Shown: positions 1 to 9,700 of the stretch, in pieces
Layout of the letters: every line of letters starts with the position of its first letter
Position numbering within the stretch: position 1 is the first letter of the stretch
From: a virus
Taxonomy: Duplodnaviria; Caudoviricetes
Reading direction: 5' to 3' (one strand)
Virus record (IMG/VR): IMGVR_UViG_3300025699_000047
Coordinates: 1-26,290 of that record
DNA: 26,290 nt
Notes under the pieces: model-generated
Told to the model about the DNA's origin: nothing
The model's input: only the letters and a program-made list of their open reading frames with translations
The model's database searches: none
Program-made: the position numbers and the translations under genes

Positions 1-1
1 T

Positions 2-160
2 ACTGAAGTTAAAATAGATTTTTTAGTAAGAGAAATAAAAGAACTTAGAAGTGAAACTAAATGTTTAAGAGCTGATATTAATAAAGGCAAAGGTGCAATT
101 TGGATATTACTTATTATAGCAGGTGCAATAAGTGGAATATACAATTTTATTTATAATTAA
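2..160 (+). CDS. Partial (5'-truncated) small coiled-coil protein with C-terminal transmembrane segment, XhlA/holin-like architecture
   Basis: Hand translation of frame 2 gives TEVKIDFLVREIKELRSETKCLRADINKGKGAIWILLIIAGAISGIYNFIYN*, with TAA at 158-160 directly before the AAGGA RBS of the next gene. Confidence 0.65.
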   Translation, partial: TEVKIDFLVREIKELRSETKCLRADINKGKGAIWILLIIAGAISGIYNFIYN

Positions 161-168
161 GGAAAACA

Positions 169-2265
169 ATGTTAACAAAAATAAAAAGAATTAGAAGAAA
201 AAAATATGCTACTGGTGATGAAGCTAGAAAGTTTGAAAATATTCCTACAGGTTCTCAACCACAACAAGGTGGATTAGGAACTAGAAATCAGAACATAGAT
301 AGATATGTTACTGAACAAATTAAATCACCTGAGTTAGCTAGTTCTGCTACACAAAGTTATACACAACAAGCTGTTCAATCAAATGAATTATTAACTGGTA
401 ATCAACAAGCAGCTCCTACTGTTGTTAGTACACCTACTATTACTGGTTCATCTATTGCAACTCCTAGTGCAATAACTTCTACTGCAGCATCAGCTCCTAC
501 AAATTTAACAGCATCAACAATGACAGGTGCTACAGGTACTGCTCAAACAGGTACAGCACAAACAGGAACAGTTGGAACACAATCTCAAGTTGGTACAGTT
601 ACTGGAAGTTTATCTGGTACTGCAACAGGTGCAACTGGTGGACCATCAAGTTCAGCAATTGCTCAAGCAGCTTCAGGACAATTATCTACAGGAGCTTTAG
701 CTCAAGTAATAAGTGGTACTGCTGCAACTGTAGCTGGACAAACTGCAACATTACCTGGTGCTATTACAGCAGCAGTCGCAAGTAATCCTGCACAATTAAC
801 AGCAACAATACAACAACAACCATCTGCAGTACAAGCACAAGTAGCATCACTACCTACAGATGCTTTAGTATCTACACAAATAACATCTTTGTTAAATGGT
901 ATTGATACTGGTAGTATTCCTACATGGGCAAGAGGTGCAGTTGAAAATGTTGAAAAGAATTTAGCAGCAAGAGGATTAAGTAAATCTTCTATTGGTAGAG
1001 ATGCTTTAGTAAATGCAATTATACAATCAGCATTACCTATTGCACAATCAAATGCTACAGCTCTACAACAAAGAGCATCACAAAATTTAACTAACGAACA
1101 ACAAGCATCAGTATTATCAGCACAACAAAGTTTTCAAACTCAGTTAGTAAATGCTGAGAATGATATGAAAGCTAAGATGATGAATGGTCAGTTCTCTCAA
1201 GAACTAACTAAACTAAATGCTATGAATGAGCAACAAGCTATACTAGCTGGTGCAAATCAACAACAACAAGTAAGATTAGCTAACTTAGCAAATGTACAAC
1301 AAGCTGGTTTAACTCAAGCACAGTTAACTCAACAAATGGGATTAGCTAATTTAAATGCTAATCAACAAACTGCTTTAGCTAATGCACAAACAAAAGCTGG
1401 ATTTGATGTTTTAAATTTAAATAACGCACAACAAACTGCAATATCAAATTCTAATTTATATAGAACTTTTGAAATAGCTAGTTTAAATAATACACAACAA
1501 GCTACTATGCAAAATGCTGTACAGTTAGCTACAATGGATATGACTAATTTATCAAATGCACAACAAAAAGCAGTAGTTAATGCTCAAGCATTTTTACAAA
1601 TGGATGTTGCTAATTTAACTAATGCTCAACAATTAGAAGTTATTAATACACAGAATAGACAACAAGCAATGTTAACAGACCAAGCTTCTGCTAATGCTGC
1701 TGCACAATTTAATTCATCAAGTATAAATCAAACTAATCAATTTATGAATAGTTTATCTAGTACAATTAATCAACAAAATGCAGCAAGAAATGATGCAATG
1801 AATCAGTATAATACTACTGAAGGAAATAGAATTGCAGCATTAAATCAAAATAATGATTTAGAAGCTGAAAGATTAGAAGCTACTTTAACATCAGAAATAG
1901 AAAAATATAATGCACAATTAGAATTTAATAAAAATCAATTTAATACACAGAATGCAAATTTAATTGAACAATCAAATGTTACATGGAGAAGACAATTAAA
2001 TCAAGCTAATACTGCAGGACAAAATGCTGTTAATCAAGCTAATGCAATGAACTCATTTAATTTAAGTAATCAAGGTTTGTCATTCTTATGGCAAGAAATG
2101 AGAGATGCTGCTAAATGGGAATATGATTCAGCTAATAATGAAGAGGATAGAAAATCTCAAATAGCAATTGCAGCATTAGGAAATGAATCAGTATCAGATG
2201 CAAACAAAGCTAAGTTTATTGAAAACTTAGGTGAACTTGCTTTTAAAGTATGGGAAAATAGATAG
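169..2265 (+). CDS. Putative internal virion / DNA-ejection protein (Q/N/A-rich, 698 aa)
   Basis: AAGGA RBS; T/A/G/S low-complexity N-terminal half, then Q/N-rich 22-aa helical repeats; lies upstream of a large muramidase-bearing protein. Function inferred from composition and context. Confidence 0.6.
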   Translation: MLTKIKRIRRKKYATGDEARKFENIPTGSQPQQGGLGTRNQNIDRYVTEQIKSPELASSATQSYTQQAVQSNELLTGNQQAAPTVVSTPTITGSSIATPSAITSTAASAPTNLTASTMTGATGTAQTGTAQTGTVGTQSQVGTVTGSLSGTATGATGGPSSSAIAQAASGQLSTGALAQVISGTAATVAGQTATLPGAITAAVASNPAQLTATIQQQPSAVQAQVASLPTDALVSTQITSLLNGIDTGSIPTWARGAVENVEKNLAARGLSKSSIGRDALVNAIIQSALPIAQSNATALQQRASQNLTNEQQASVLSAQQSFQTQLVNAENDMKAKMMNGQFSQELTKLNAMNEQQAILAGANQQQQVRLANLANVQQAGLTQAQLTQQMGLANLNANQQTALANAQTKAGFDVLNLNNAQQTAISNSNLYRTFEIASLNNTQQATMQNAVQLATMDMTNLSNAQQKAVVNAQAFLQMDVANLTNAQQLEVINTQNRQQAMLTDQASANAAAQFNSSSINQTNQFMNSLSSTINQQNAARNDAMNQYNTTEGNRIAALNQNNDLEAERLEATLTSEIEKYNAQLEFNKNQFNTQNANLIEQSNVTWRRQLNQANTAGQNAVNQANAMNSFNLSNQGLSFLWQEMRDAAKWEYDSANNEEDRKSQIAIAALGNESVSDANKAKFIENLGELAFKVWENR
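1279..1674 (+). repeat. Six tandem 22-aa (66-nt) degenerate repeats, consensus xNLxNxQQxxxxNxx
   Basis: ANLANVQQAGLTQAQLTQQMGL / ANLNANQQTALANAQTKAGFDV / LNLNNAQQTAISNSNLYRTFEI / ASLNNTQQATMQNAVQLATMDM / TNLSNAQQKAVVNAQAFLQMDV / ANLTNAQQLEVINTQNRQQAML. Confidence 0.85.
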
Positions 2266-2273
2266 GAGATATT

Positions 2274-3584
2274 ATGGGTTGGGGAAGTTTTATAAAAAGA
2301 ACAATTAAAAAAGTAACAAAACCAGTTACTAAAGTTTTTAAAGGTGTTGCAAAAGGAATTGCAAAAGTAGGTAAATCAGTTATGAGAGGTGTATCTAGAA
2401 TAAGTAAAAAGTTAGGTCCACTCGGTATGATTGCTATGTCTGTTGCTATGCCTTATGCTTTATCAGGACTTAGTTCCTTAGTAGGTCAAGGAGCTATAGG
2501 TGCATTTGGTCCTCAAATTCCTTCAGGACTTATGGGTTCTAAATTTACTTTTCTTAAAGCTGTAGGACAAGTTGGAAATCAAATTAGAAATGGATATAGA
2601 ATTGCTAGTGGTGCTTTAGGAAATGCTAAAACATTTGTAGGTAATAAAATAGGTTCAATTGGAAATAGTATTACTAACACTATTAGAAAAACTTTTACTA
2701 AATTTTCTAATCCTTCAGGAAAAGGAAATTGGTTTACTAAAATATCTGAAGGTGCTAAAAATTTATTTAACTCAGCTAAGAGTGTAGTAACAGGACAACC
2801 TACAAGTGGTAGTGTAGATGTTTTAGGTGCAACACCTAATATACATGGAGAAGGTCAAATTTTTGGTTCTATGAAATCTGCTCAAGCTGAAGGTTTAATT
2901 AAATCTGCTCAAGCTGCAGGTAAAGATATACCTGTACTTAGAGGACAATCAGTTTTTGGAAGTGCATCTGATGATTTTATTACTGAAACAATTAATAAAG
3001 CTTCAGAAAATACAGTAAAATTACTTGACAAAGATGCTTTAAAACACTATAATAATGTTAAGGATGGTATGATGACAAATGGTTCTTATACTAATAATCA
3101 AGCAGTATTAGATGAAGTATTTAATAGTGCTGGTACTCAAAGAAATTTTGCAACAGATTTTTCTAAAACACCTGATTCTATTTCATTTGATTTTTCTAAA
3201 TCAAAAGATTATAGTATGAGACAAGTAGGTGGTGGTGGTCAAGGTACTTATGAATTTACTGGTGGTGAAACATTTGATACTCCAGTAGGTAAAGTTAATA
3301 AATATACAGATAAGATAGTTAAAAAAACAAAATCAGCAATATATAATACTGCAAAAGATTATTTATTTAAACCTAATCAACCTTATGAAGAGTTTGACCC
3401 AGCAACATTTGTACCAACATCTGGTGCAACAAGTAATGATGGATATTTACCAGCATTAAGTTCAACAAATGTTAAAGGTTCAAGTGGAAGTGATGATTAT
3501 GCAAAAGTATTTGGTACTGAAGCATGGCAAAAATTAAAAAATTATCATAAACAAATGAATTATCAAGGTGACCAATACATTTAA
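2274..3584 (+). CDS. Putative DNA-transfer/ejection protein with basic amphipathic N-terminus and Gly/Ala-rich hydrophobic segment (436 aa)
   Basis: AGGAG RBS; MGWGSFIKRTIKKVTKPVTKVFKGVAKGIAK followed by LGPLGMIAMSVAMPYALSGLSSLVGQGAIGAFG, typical of membrane-active pilot/ejection proteins. Confidence 0.55.
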   Translation: MGWGSFIKRTIKKVTKPVTKVFKGVAKGIAKVGKSVMRGVSRISKKLGPLGMIAMSVAMPYALSGLSSLVGQGAIGAFGPQIPSGLMGSKFTFLKAVGQVGNQIRNGYRIASGALGNAKTFVGNKIGSIGNSITNTIRKTFTKFSNPSGKGNWFTKISEGAKNLFNSAKSVVTGQPTSGSVDVLGATPNIHGEGQIFGSMKSAQAEGLIKSAQAAGKDIPVLRGQSVFGSASDDFITETINKASENTVKLLDKDALKHYNNVKDGMMTNGSYTNNQAVLDEVFNSAGTQRNFATDFSKTPDSISFDFSKSKDYSMRQVGGGGQGTYEFTGGETFDTPVGKVNKYTDKIVKKTKSAIYNTAKDYLFKPNQPYEEFDPATFVPTSGATSNDGYLPALSSTNVKGSSGSDDYAKVFGTEAWQKLKNYHKQMNYQGDQYI

Positions 3585-3606
3585 AAAATAAAAATAGGAT
3601 AAATAT

Positions 3607-3777
3607 ATGGCTGTTAATAAAGCAGGTAATTATACAAAACCAACTATGAGAAAAAAAATATTTAGTAGAATAAAATCACAAGCTTCTCATGGTACAGGAG
3701 CTGGACAATGGAGTGCAAGAAAAGCACAAGCTCTAGCTAAAGCTTATAAAAAAGCTGGTGGAGGTTATAAATCGTAA
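3607..3777 (+). CDS. Small basic protein resembling the N-terminal half of DUF5872 (56 aa; not in ORF track)
   Basis: MAVNKAGNYTKPTMRKKIFSRIKSQASHGTGAGQWSARKAQALAKAYKKAGGGYKS*; YTKP and GQWSARKAQ...YKKAGGGY motifs; AGGA RBS; TAATG coupling to next gene. Confidence 0.8.
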   Translation: MAVNKAGNYTKPTMRKKIFSRIKSQASHGTGAGQWSARKAQALAKAYKKAGGGYKS

Positions 3778-3932
3778 TGACAGATAAAAATATAAAAGCA
3801 CCTCAAGGGTTTCATTGGATGAAAAAAGGAAAGAATAATTATAAATTAATGAAACATACTGGTAAGTTTGTACCTCATAAAGGTGCTAGTCTAGCAGCTA
3901 AATTTGAAGTGCAGAAAAAACATAAGGTATAG
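3777..3932 (+). CDS. Small basic His/Lys-rich hypothetical protein (51 aa; not in ORF track)
   Basis: MTDKNIKAPQGFHWMKKGKNNYKLMKHTGKFVPHKGASLAAKFEVQKKHKV*; GGAGG upstream, TAATG overlap, fills the gap exactly. Confidence 0.75.
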   Translation: MTDKNIKAPQGFHWMKKGKNNYKLMKHTGKFVPHKGASLAAKFEVQKKHKV

Positions 3933-3934
3933 AA

Positions 3935-4177
3935 ATGGCATTAGCTAAATCTCAACAGAGTTTAAAAAATTGGGGTAAACAAAAGTGGCGAACAAAGTCT
4001 GGTAAACCCTCAAGTAAAACAGGCGAAAGATATTTACCAAGTGCAGCAATAAAAAGTTTATCTTCTTCTGAGTATGCAAGAACAACTGCTGCTAAAAGAA
4101 AAGGTAAAGCACAAGGTAAACAATTTGTAAAACAACCGAAAGGTATAGCAAACAAAGTAAGAAAGTACAGAACATAA
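3935..4177 (+). CDS. Small basic protein resembling the C-terminal half of DUF5872 (80 aa)
   Basis: SQQSLKNWGKQKWRTKSGK...GERYLP..AIKSLS.....T...KR.G...GKQFV motif recognised from DUF5872. Confidence 0.75.
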   Translation: MALAKSQQSLKNWGKQKWRTKSGKPSSKTGERYLPSAAIKSLSSSEYARTTAAKRKGKAQGKQFVKQPKGIANKVRKYRT

Positions 4178-4767
4178 TGGCTGAAAAAATAAATACAACA
4201 CAGTTTGAAGAAGCAAACATAAATCCTTTTAATGCTCCAACTCCAGGTGAGAGTTTAACTAATTCACCTGATATGCCAAAGCAATGGGAAACTCCTCCTC
4301 AATATATTGAAGAAGATGAAGCTATGGAAGCTGTATATTTAGAACTAACTGCTGAAGATAACTTAATGCCATTAATTGATTTAATTAATGATAAAACTCC
4401 TTTAGACCAAATAGCACAAGTTCTTTTATATAGAGGTTATAGTAAAGGTTTATATACTCCTGATTTAATGTTAATGTTAGCTGAACCTACAATTTATTTA
4501 TTAATAGCAATAGCTGATTATGCAGATATTAAAGATTATGTTTTATATGAAGGTGAAGAAGATGACCCTGATGGTGCAATATATGATGATGATGTTGAAC
4601 CAGTTGAAATGGATGATGAAGATGAAGGAGAAGCAGAACAACCTAAATCTACAGAAGAAATTGTAGAATTTGATGAACCTTCAGAAGATAGTGTATCACC
4701 TAGTTTATTATCAAAAATTAAAAAAGAATTACCAGGTAAAATAGAAAAAATAAAGGAGAATAAGTAA
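4177..4767 (+). CDS. Acidic conserved phage protein, probably virion-associated (196 aa)
   Basis: TAATG coupling at both ends; FNAPTPGESLT...WETPPQY...YTPDL motif; D/E-rich C-terminus. Confidence 0.7.
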   Translation: MAEKINTTQFEEANINPFNAPTPGESLTNSPDMPKQWETPPQYIEEDEAMEAVYLELTAEDNLMPLIDLINDKTPLDQIAQVLLYRGYSKGLYTPDLMLMLAEPTIYLLIAIADYADIKDYVLYEGEEDDPDGAIYDDDVEPVEMDDEDEGEAEQPKSTEEIVEFDEPSEDSVSPSLLSKIKKELPGKIEKIKENK

Positions 4768-6722
4768 TGGCATTTAGTATATTAGATGGAGCAATGGCTT
4801 TTGGTAATGGTGTTATTGAAGCTGATAAAAAGAATACAAAAGAAAATTTACTTATTCGTGGTGAAGAATTAAAAGCTAAACGAGATGCTATCATAGCTAT
4901 GAAAAAATCTAAGTATGAATATGATTTAAATAATTATGATAAAAATAAAAGTAAATATGATGGCTTAACTGCTGTTAGTACAAAATTAAATACTGGTGGT
5001 TTTAATTATAAAGATGGTGAAAACAAAGGTAAAGTAGATACTTTTCAATTAGGTTTATCTTTTTTAGAAGCTAAACATGGAATTGATTGGGTAGCTAAAA
5101 AGAAAGCACAACTAGCAGTAGGTACTGAAGGAGACCCAACTGCCTGGAATGCTTATGTTAAAAATGTTGGAAATAATCCAGACTTAAAAACTTCTATTAG
5201 TAATATTGATTTTAAATCTAGAAATACTATGGAAAGTAATTATCTTGAGTCTCTTGATAAAATTGAAAATAAATATGCTGCTGCTTTAAAAAATGCTAAG
5301 AATGATAGTTCATTAGTTAATGCTATTTTAGGTAAGAAAAAAGAAGAAATATCAAATTTAACTATTGATATGGCAGATGATAAAAAAACTATTACTACTA
5401 TTGATAGTGCTTCAGTTAAAACTAATAATGAAGATGCATCTAATACAGCAGAAAAAATTGTAGAAAGTTCAGATGGTGAATCTTCTGAATTAGTATTTGC
5501 AGATAGGAAAGATTCAATATTTATTCCTAAATCTTATAAAGATAACTTTGAAGAAAAGATAACACAAGCAAAAAAAATAAATTATTCTGATAAAAAGTAT
5601 CAAACTCAATTTGCTGATACTATCTTAACTTTTATTCCAAAATCTGAAAAAGATAAATATTTTACAGAAAATAAAGATGGTGACTTAAAAGCTAAAACAG
5701 CAATTATTAATGCTGATATAACAATTCAATCATTAATAAAAAATTCTCTTGAAGATTTAAATGTAGATGATACTTTTGCAGTAACAGGAAATAATAAAAG
5801 TAAAATTGATTTTAATGAAAATAAAAGATTTGATTTAGCTAAAGCTCATGTTGAAGATTATGGTTCTTGGATGTCTGAAGATAAATTAATGGATAGTAAA
5901 TCTATAACAAATATGTTTAAATCAAAATCAATTGCTTTAGTAGTACCTTCTAATTCAATTATTAATGTTAATAATGATAACTTAAAAGGTTATGGTATTG
6001 ATATTAATAAAGTTGATAGAAAAGGTGTAGGTAAAGTTTATAGAGATTTTATTATTGGTAATGCCGAATCAAGACAAAAAATTGAAGGTGGTACTTTAGA
6101 AGAAAATATTAATTATTTACAAAGACAATTACAAGGAGATAACAATGGTGATAATCAATTTACTAAAGATGCAAGAGAAGTTATTGCTGTACATTTATCT
6201 CAACTTAAAAATAATAATGGTGAGTTAATTTATCCTAAACTTACTGAAAAAAAAGAATCTAATTCAACAGATAAAACAGATAATACTGCTACTGGTACAT
6301 CTACTGCAGATATTAAACAAGAAGAGTATTATCAAGATGTAAAAGGTAGAACAACTGATAAAGAAGATTTTGGTAGTGTAAGAACAATTATTGTAAAAGA
6401 TAAAGTTACTGGAGAAAATACAAAAGTTCCTTTAACAACAAAAAATAAAATTTTCTTACAAAAAAATTATCCAGAAGTTAATTTAGCTGTTGACCAAGAT
6501 ACTATGACAGGTGATGCTAAAATAACAGAAACAATTGCTAATGAAACTGTTAAAGAAAAAATTAAACCAATAGATATTGGAATACAAAATCAACCTGTAT
6601 TTGAAACATTAGAATCTATAAAAGCTATTCTTCCAAATAAAATGTCTGGTCAAGAGATAATGGATAAATATGAAATTTCTTTTCCAATTAATAAATTTAC
6701 AAACTATTCACCAAGTAAATAA
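4767..6722 (+). CDS. Putative internal virion protein (651 aa)
   Basis: AAGGAG RBS; long ORF between candidate ejection genes; no recognisable catalytic motif. Confidence 0.55.
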   Translation: MAFSILDGAMAFGNGVIEADKKNTKENLLIRGEELKAKRDAIIAMKKSKYEYDLNNYDKNKSKYDGLTAVSTKLNTGGFNYKDGENKGKVDTFQLGLSFLEAKHGIDWVAKKKAQLAVGTEGDPTAWNAYVKNVGNNPDLKTSISNIDFKSRNTMESNYLESLDKIENKYAAALKNAKNDSSLVNAILGKKKEEISNLTIDMADDKKTITTIDSASVKTNNEDASNTAEKIVESSDGESSELVFADRKDSIFIPKSYKDNFEEKITQAKKINYSDKKYQTQFADTILTFIPKSEKDKYFTENKDGDLKAKTAIINADITIQSLIKNSLEDLNVDDTFAVTGNNKSKIDFNENKRFDLAKAHVEDYGSWMSEDKLMDSKSITNMFKSKSIALVVPSNSIINVNNDNLKGYGIDINKVDRKGVGKVYRDFIIGNAESRQKIEGGTLEENINYLQRQLQGDNNGDNQFTKDAREVIAVHLSQLKNNNGELIYPKLTEKKESNSTDKTDNTATGTSTADIKQEEYYQDVKGRTTDKEDFGSVRTIIVKDKVTGENTKVPLTTKNKIFLQKNYPEVNLAVDQDTMTGDAKITETIANETVKEKIKPIDIGIQNQPVFETLESIKAILPNKMSGQEIMDKYEISFPINKFTNYSPSK

Positions 6723-6727
6723 AAATT

Positions 6728-9700
6728 ATGGCTGAAGTAAACGAACTAAGTCTTTCTAACTTAGAGGGTGTTACTACTCCTTCTATTTCTCAAGAAACTA
6801 CACAACAAGTAACTAATGATTTATCATTAAGTAATTTACAAGGTGTAGAAGTTACTCCTACTACTCTTAATAATGAACTAAGTTTATCTAGTTTAGAAGG
6901 AATTACACTTACAGAAACAACTCCTGCTACAACTTTAACAAAAAAAGATTATTCTAATTCTTTTATAAATTCTAATTATACAAATGAATTTAATCAAAAC
7001 TTAATACAAAATATAGGTGATGAACCAACTACAGCAGAAAAAATTGCTTATGGTTTAGATAAACAAAATATGTTTTTTGGAAATGTATTTCGTGTTGCTA
7101 AAGCAGGACTTCAAGCTGCGTTTGACCCTGAAAAAGAATTTAAAGAAGTTGCTTTAGATAATGCTAAAATTGCTCAAGCAGATTTATACAATCGACATGA
7201 AAAATTTAGAGGTGGAAAGTATGATGATGATATAGAAGTACTTGTTTCTGAAATGGCTACTTTTTTAGTTGACCCTTATTATCTTTTTATGTATGCTACT
7301 CCTTGGGGAAGAGCAATGTCAATGAGACAAACAGGATTTAAAGCTATGGCTAAAGTAGCTGGACTATCTGCAGGTACTGTTTCATTAGATAAATTATTTG
7401 ATAACTTAGCTACAACAGGAGAAGTAAATCCTAAAGATATTGCTCAAACTGCTGGGATAGCTGGAGTACTTGGTCCAGCATCTATGAAAGCTTTTCAAAT
7501 TATAGGTAAACTTTTACCTAGTGCTGATAAATCAAAAATTGCACAGATAATTGGTGTAATAGATGGTAAAACTAAAACACAATTAGGTGTTACTAATGCT
7601 GAATTTAAATCTTTACAAAAACTTGCAGGAGATAAAGATTTTTTAAAATTAAATAAACAACTTAAAAAAACAGAGACAGCTTCTAAAAAATTAATAAGTG
7701 ATAATTCTAAAGTACAAGCTCAATATTATAAATCTGTTAAACCATTTGATGATAAAATAAAAAAATTAGAAGCAGATAAAAAACTTATTAAAAGTGATGT
7801 TATTGGTTTAATAGATAAAAAGAAAGCTACTAAAAGTATTTCAAATCAAATAATAAAAATTCAAACTGCTGAAAGAGCTAGAGAAAAAGCTTTTAAGAAA
7901 GCACAAATAGAAGTATGGAAAGAAAAATCAGCTTATGCTAAAACAATAATAGATGAAACTGCAGTAAGAGATGTAAAATTATTAGAAAAACTTTGGAAAC
8001 AAAAAGGATTAACAGCTAAAACTGCACAAATAGTTTTATCGGCTGGTATTAGACCTTTAATGGGTGCTGCTATTGGTGGAGGTATAGGAAAATTATGGGG
8101 TCCTGATGATGCTAATTTAAGTAAATGGATGTGGACTGGAGCAGCATTAGGTTTAACTCATAAAGGTATTATGGCTAGTAAAATATTACCAGGTCAATCT
8201 AAAAATTTAATACAAAGAGTACTATATCAAGATGCTACCAAATATGCTTTTCAAAAAGTAAGAGAGTTTACTTCTACTACTACTTCTTCTAAACTTGCAA
8301 CTGTTGGAGGTTCAACAGAAAAAATAGGATTACAACTATTAGAAGGAATTGATAGTTCGTTTGCTAAAAATTCTGTAACACAAAAAGCAGAAAATTTATT
8401 ACAGACATGGAGATTAAGAACAGCTAATGTTAATAGACCTTATTCTTTAGAAGAACAAGCTTTAGCTTTATCAGTTATTAGAGGTTCACAACAAAAAGTA
8501 TTTAAAATTGGAGGAAAGGATGTAACTAATAGAGTTAATACTCTTTCTAAAAAATTAACAAAAGAACTAGAAGATTTTAAAAAATTAAGAGAAGAAGCTG
8601 GTATATTTTCTTTAAACGAAGATAAGACTTCAAAAAATTTTGGTAAATTAATGGAGATAAAAAATTATTTTCCAAGAGTATATGACTTTAGTAAGATAAA
8701 AGGAAATGAAAAAGATTTTGAAAAAGTATTAATAGGTATATATAAAAGTTTAGGCAAGAATGATAAACAAGCAAAGTCTTCAGCAGCATCATTTTCAAAA
8801 AGTTTATTAAATCAAGATGATACTCTTATTAATCAAAGTAGTATTGATGAATATATTACAGGTATATCAACAAAATTAGGTGTATTAAAAAAAAATCCTT
8901 TAAGTGAACATATTACAAAAGCTAGAATACTTGAAGGTCCTTATGCTAAAGTAGAAAAAGTATTAAATGATAATGGTTATTTAGTAAATAATGCTAATGA
9001 TGTATTGTTTAATTTATATAATAGGTCTATGAAATCAATTGCTTTTGCAGAAACTTTTGGTAACAAAGGTCAAATGTTAAAACCATATATTGATAGTATA
9101 ATGAAAAAATATAAAGATGCTGTAGGAAAACAATTTGGAATTACTAATGAAAATTGGAAATCTAAAGCTGCAACAGAAATAAAATTAGTAACTAATACTA
9201 TTGATGGTTATTTTGGTAGATATGGTAGTAAACAATTAGGTACAAGTAAATCAATAGCTGGTATATTAGCTACAGTATCTAATTTAAATATGTTGGATAG
9301 AGTTACTATTGCATCTTTAGGAGATATAGTGCAACCTTTTTCTAACTCTACTAATTTAACAGCTTTTTTTAAAGGTATATATAGAACAGGTTTTACAGTT
9401 AAAAGAGAAACAGGAGCAGCTAAAAATTTAAATCAAAATTTAGAAAATGAAATTCGTGGATGGTTATTGAAAGCTGGAACTAAACAAAATAAATTAAAAA
9501 CTAATTTAAATAGAAGTAATTTAACTTCTACTATGGGTGATGAAGCAGTATTAAAATTTGATGATGCAACTCAAGCAGCAAATGTTATGGGTAAAATGGG
9601 TACATTAAGAAAAGTTAATGAAGTTGGTTTTAAAGTTTTAGGTCTTCAATGGTTAACTGGTTTATCAAGAAGATATGCATATAATGTTGGAGCAATAGAT

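Noticed and set aside
2874-2921. 27-nt-period duplication AAATCTGCTCAAGCTG (KSAQA twice)
   Set aside because: Two in-frame copies only; ordinary local duplication.
3952-4155. Minus-strand 67-aa ORF
   Set aside because: Antisense shadow of the DUF5872-like gene; no RBS or motif.
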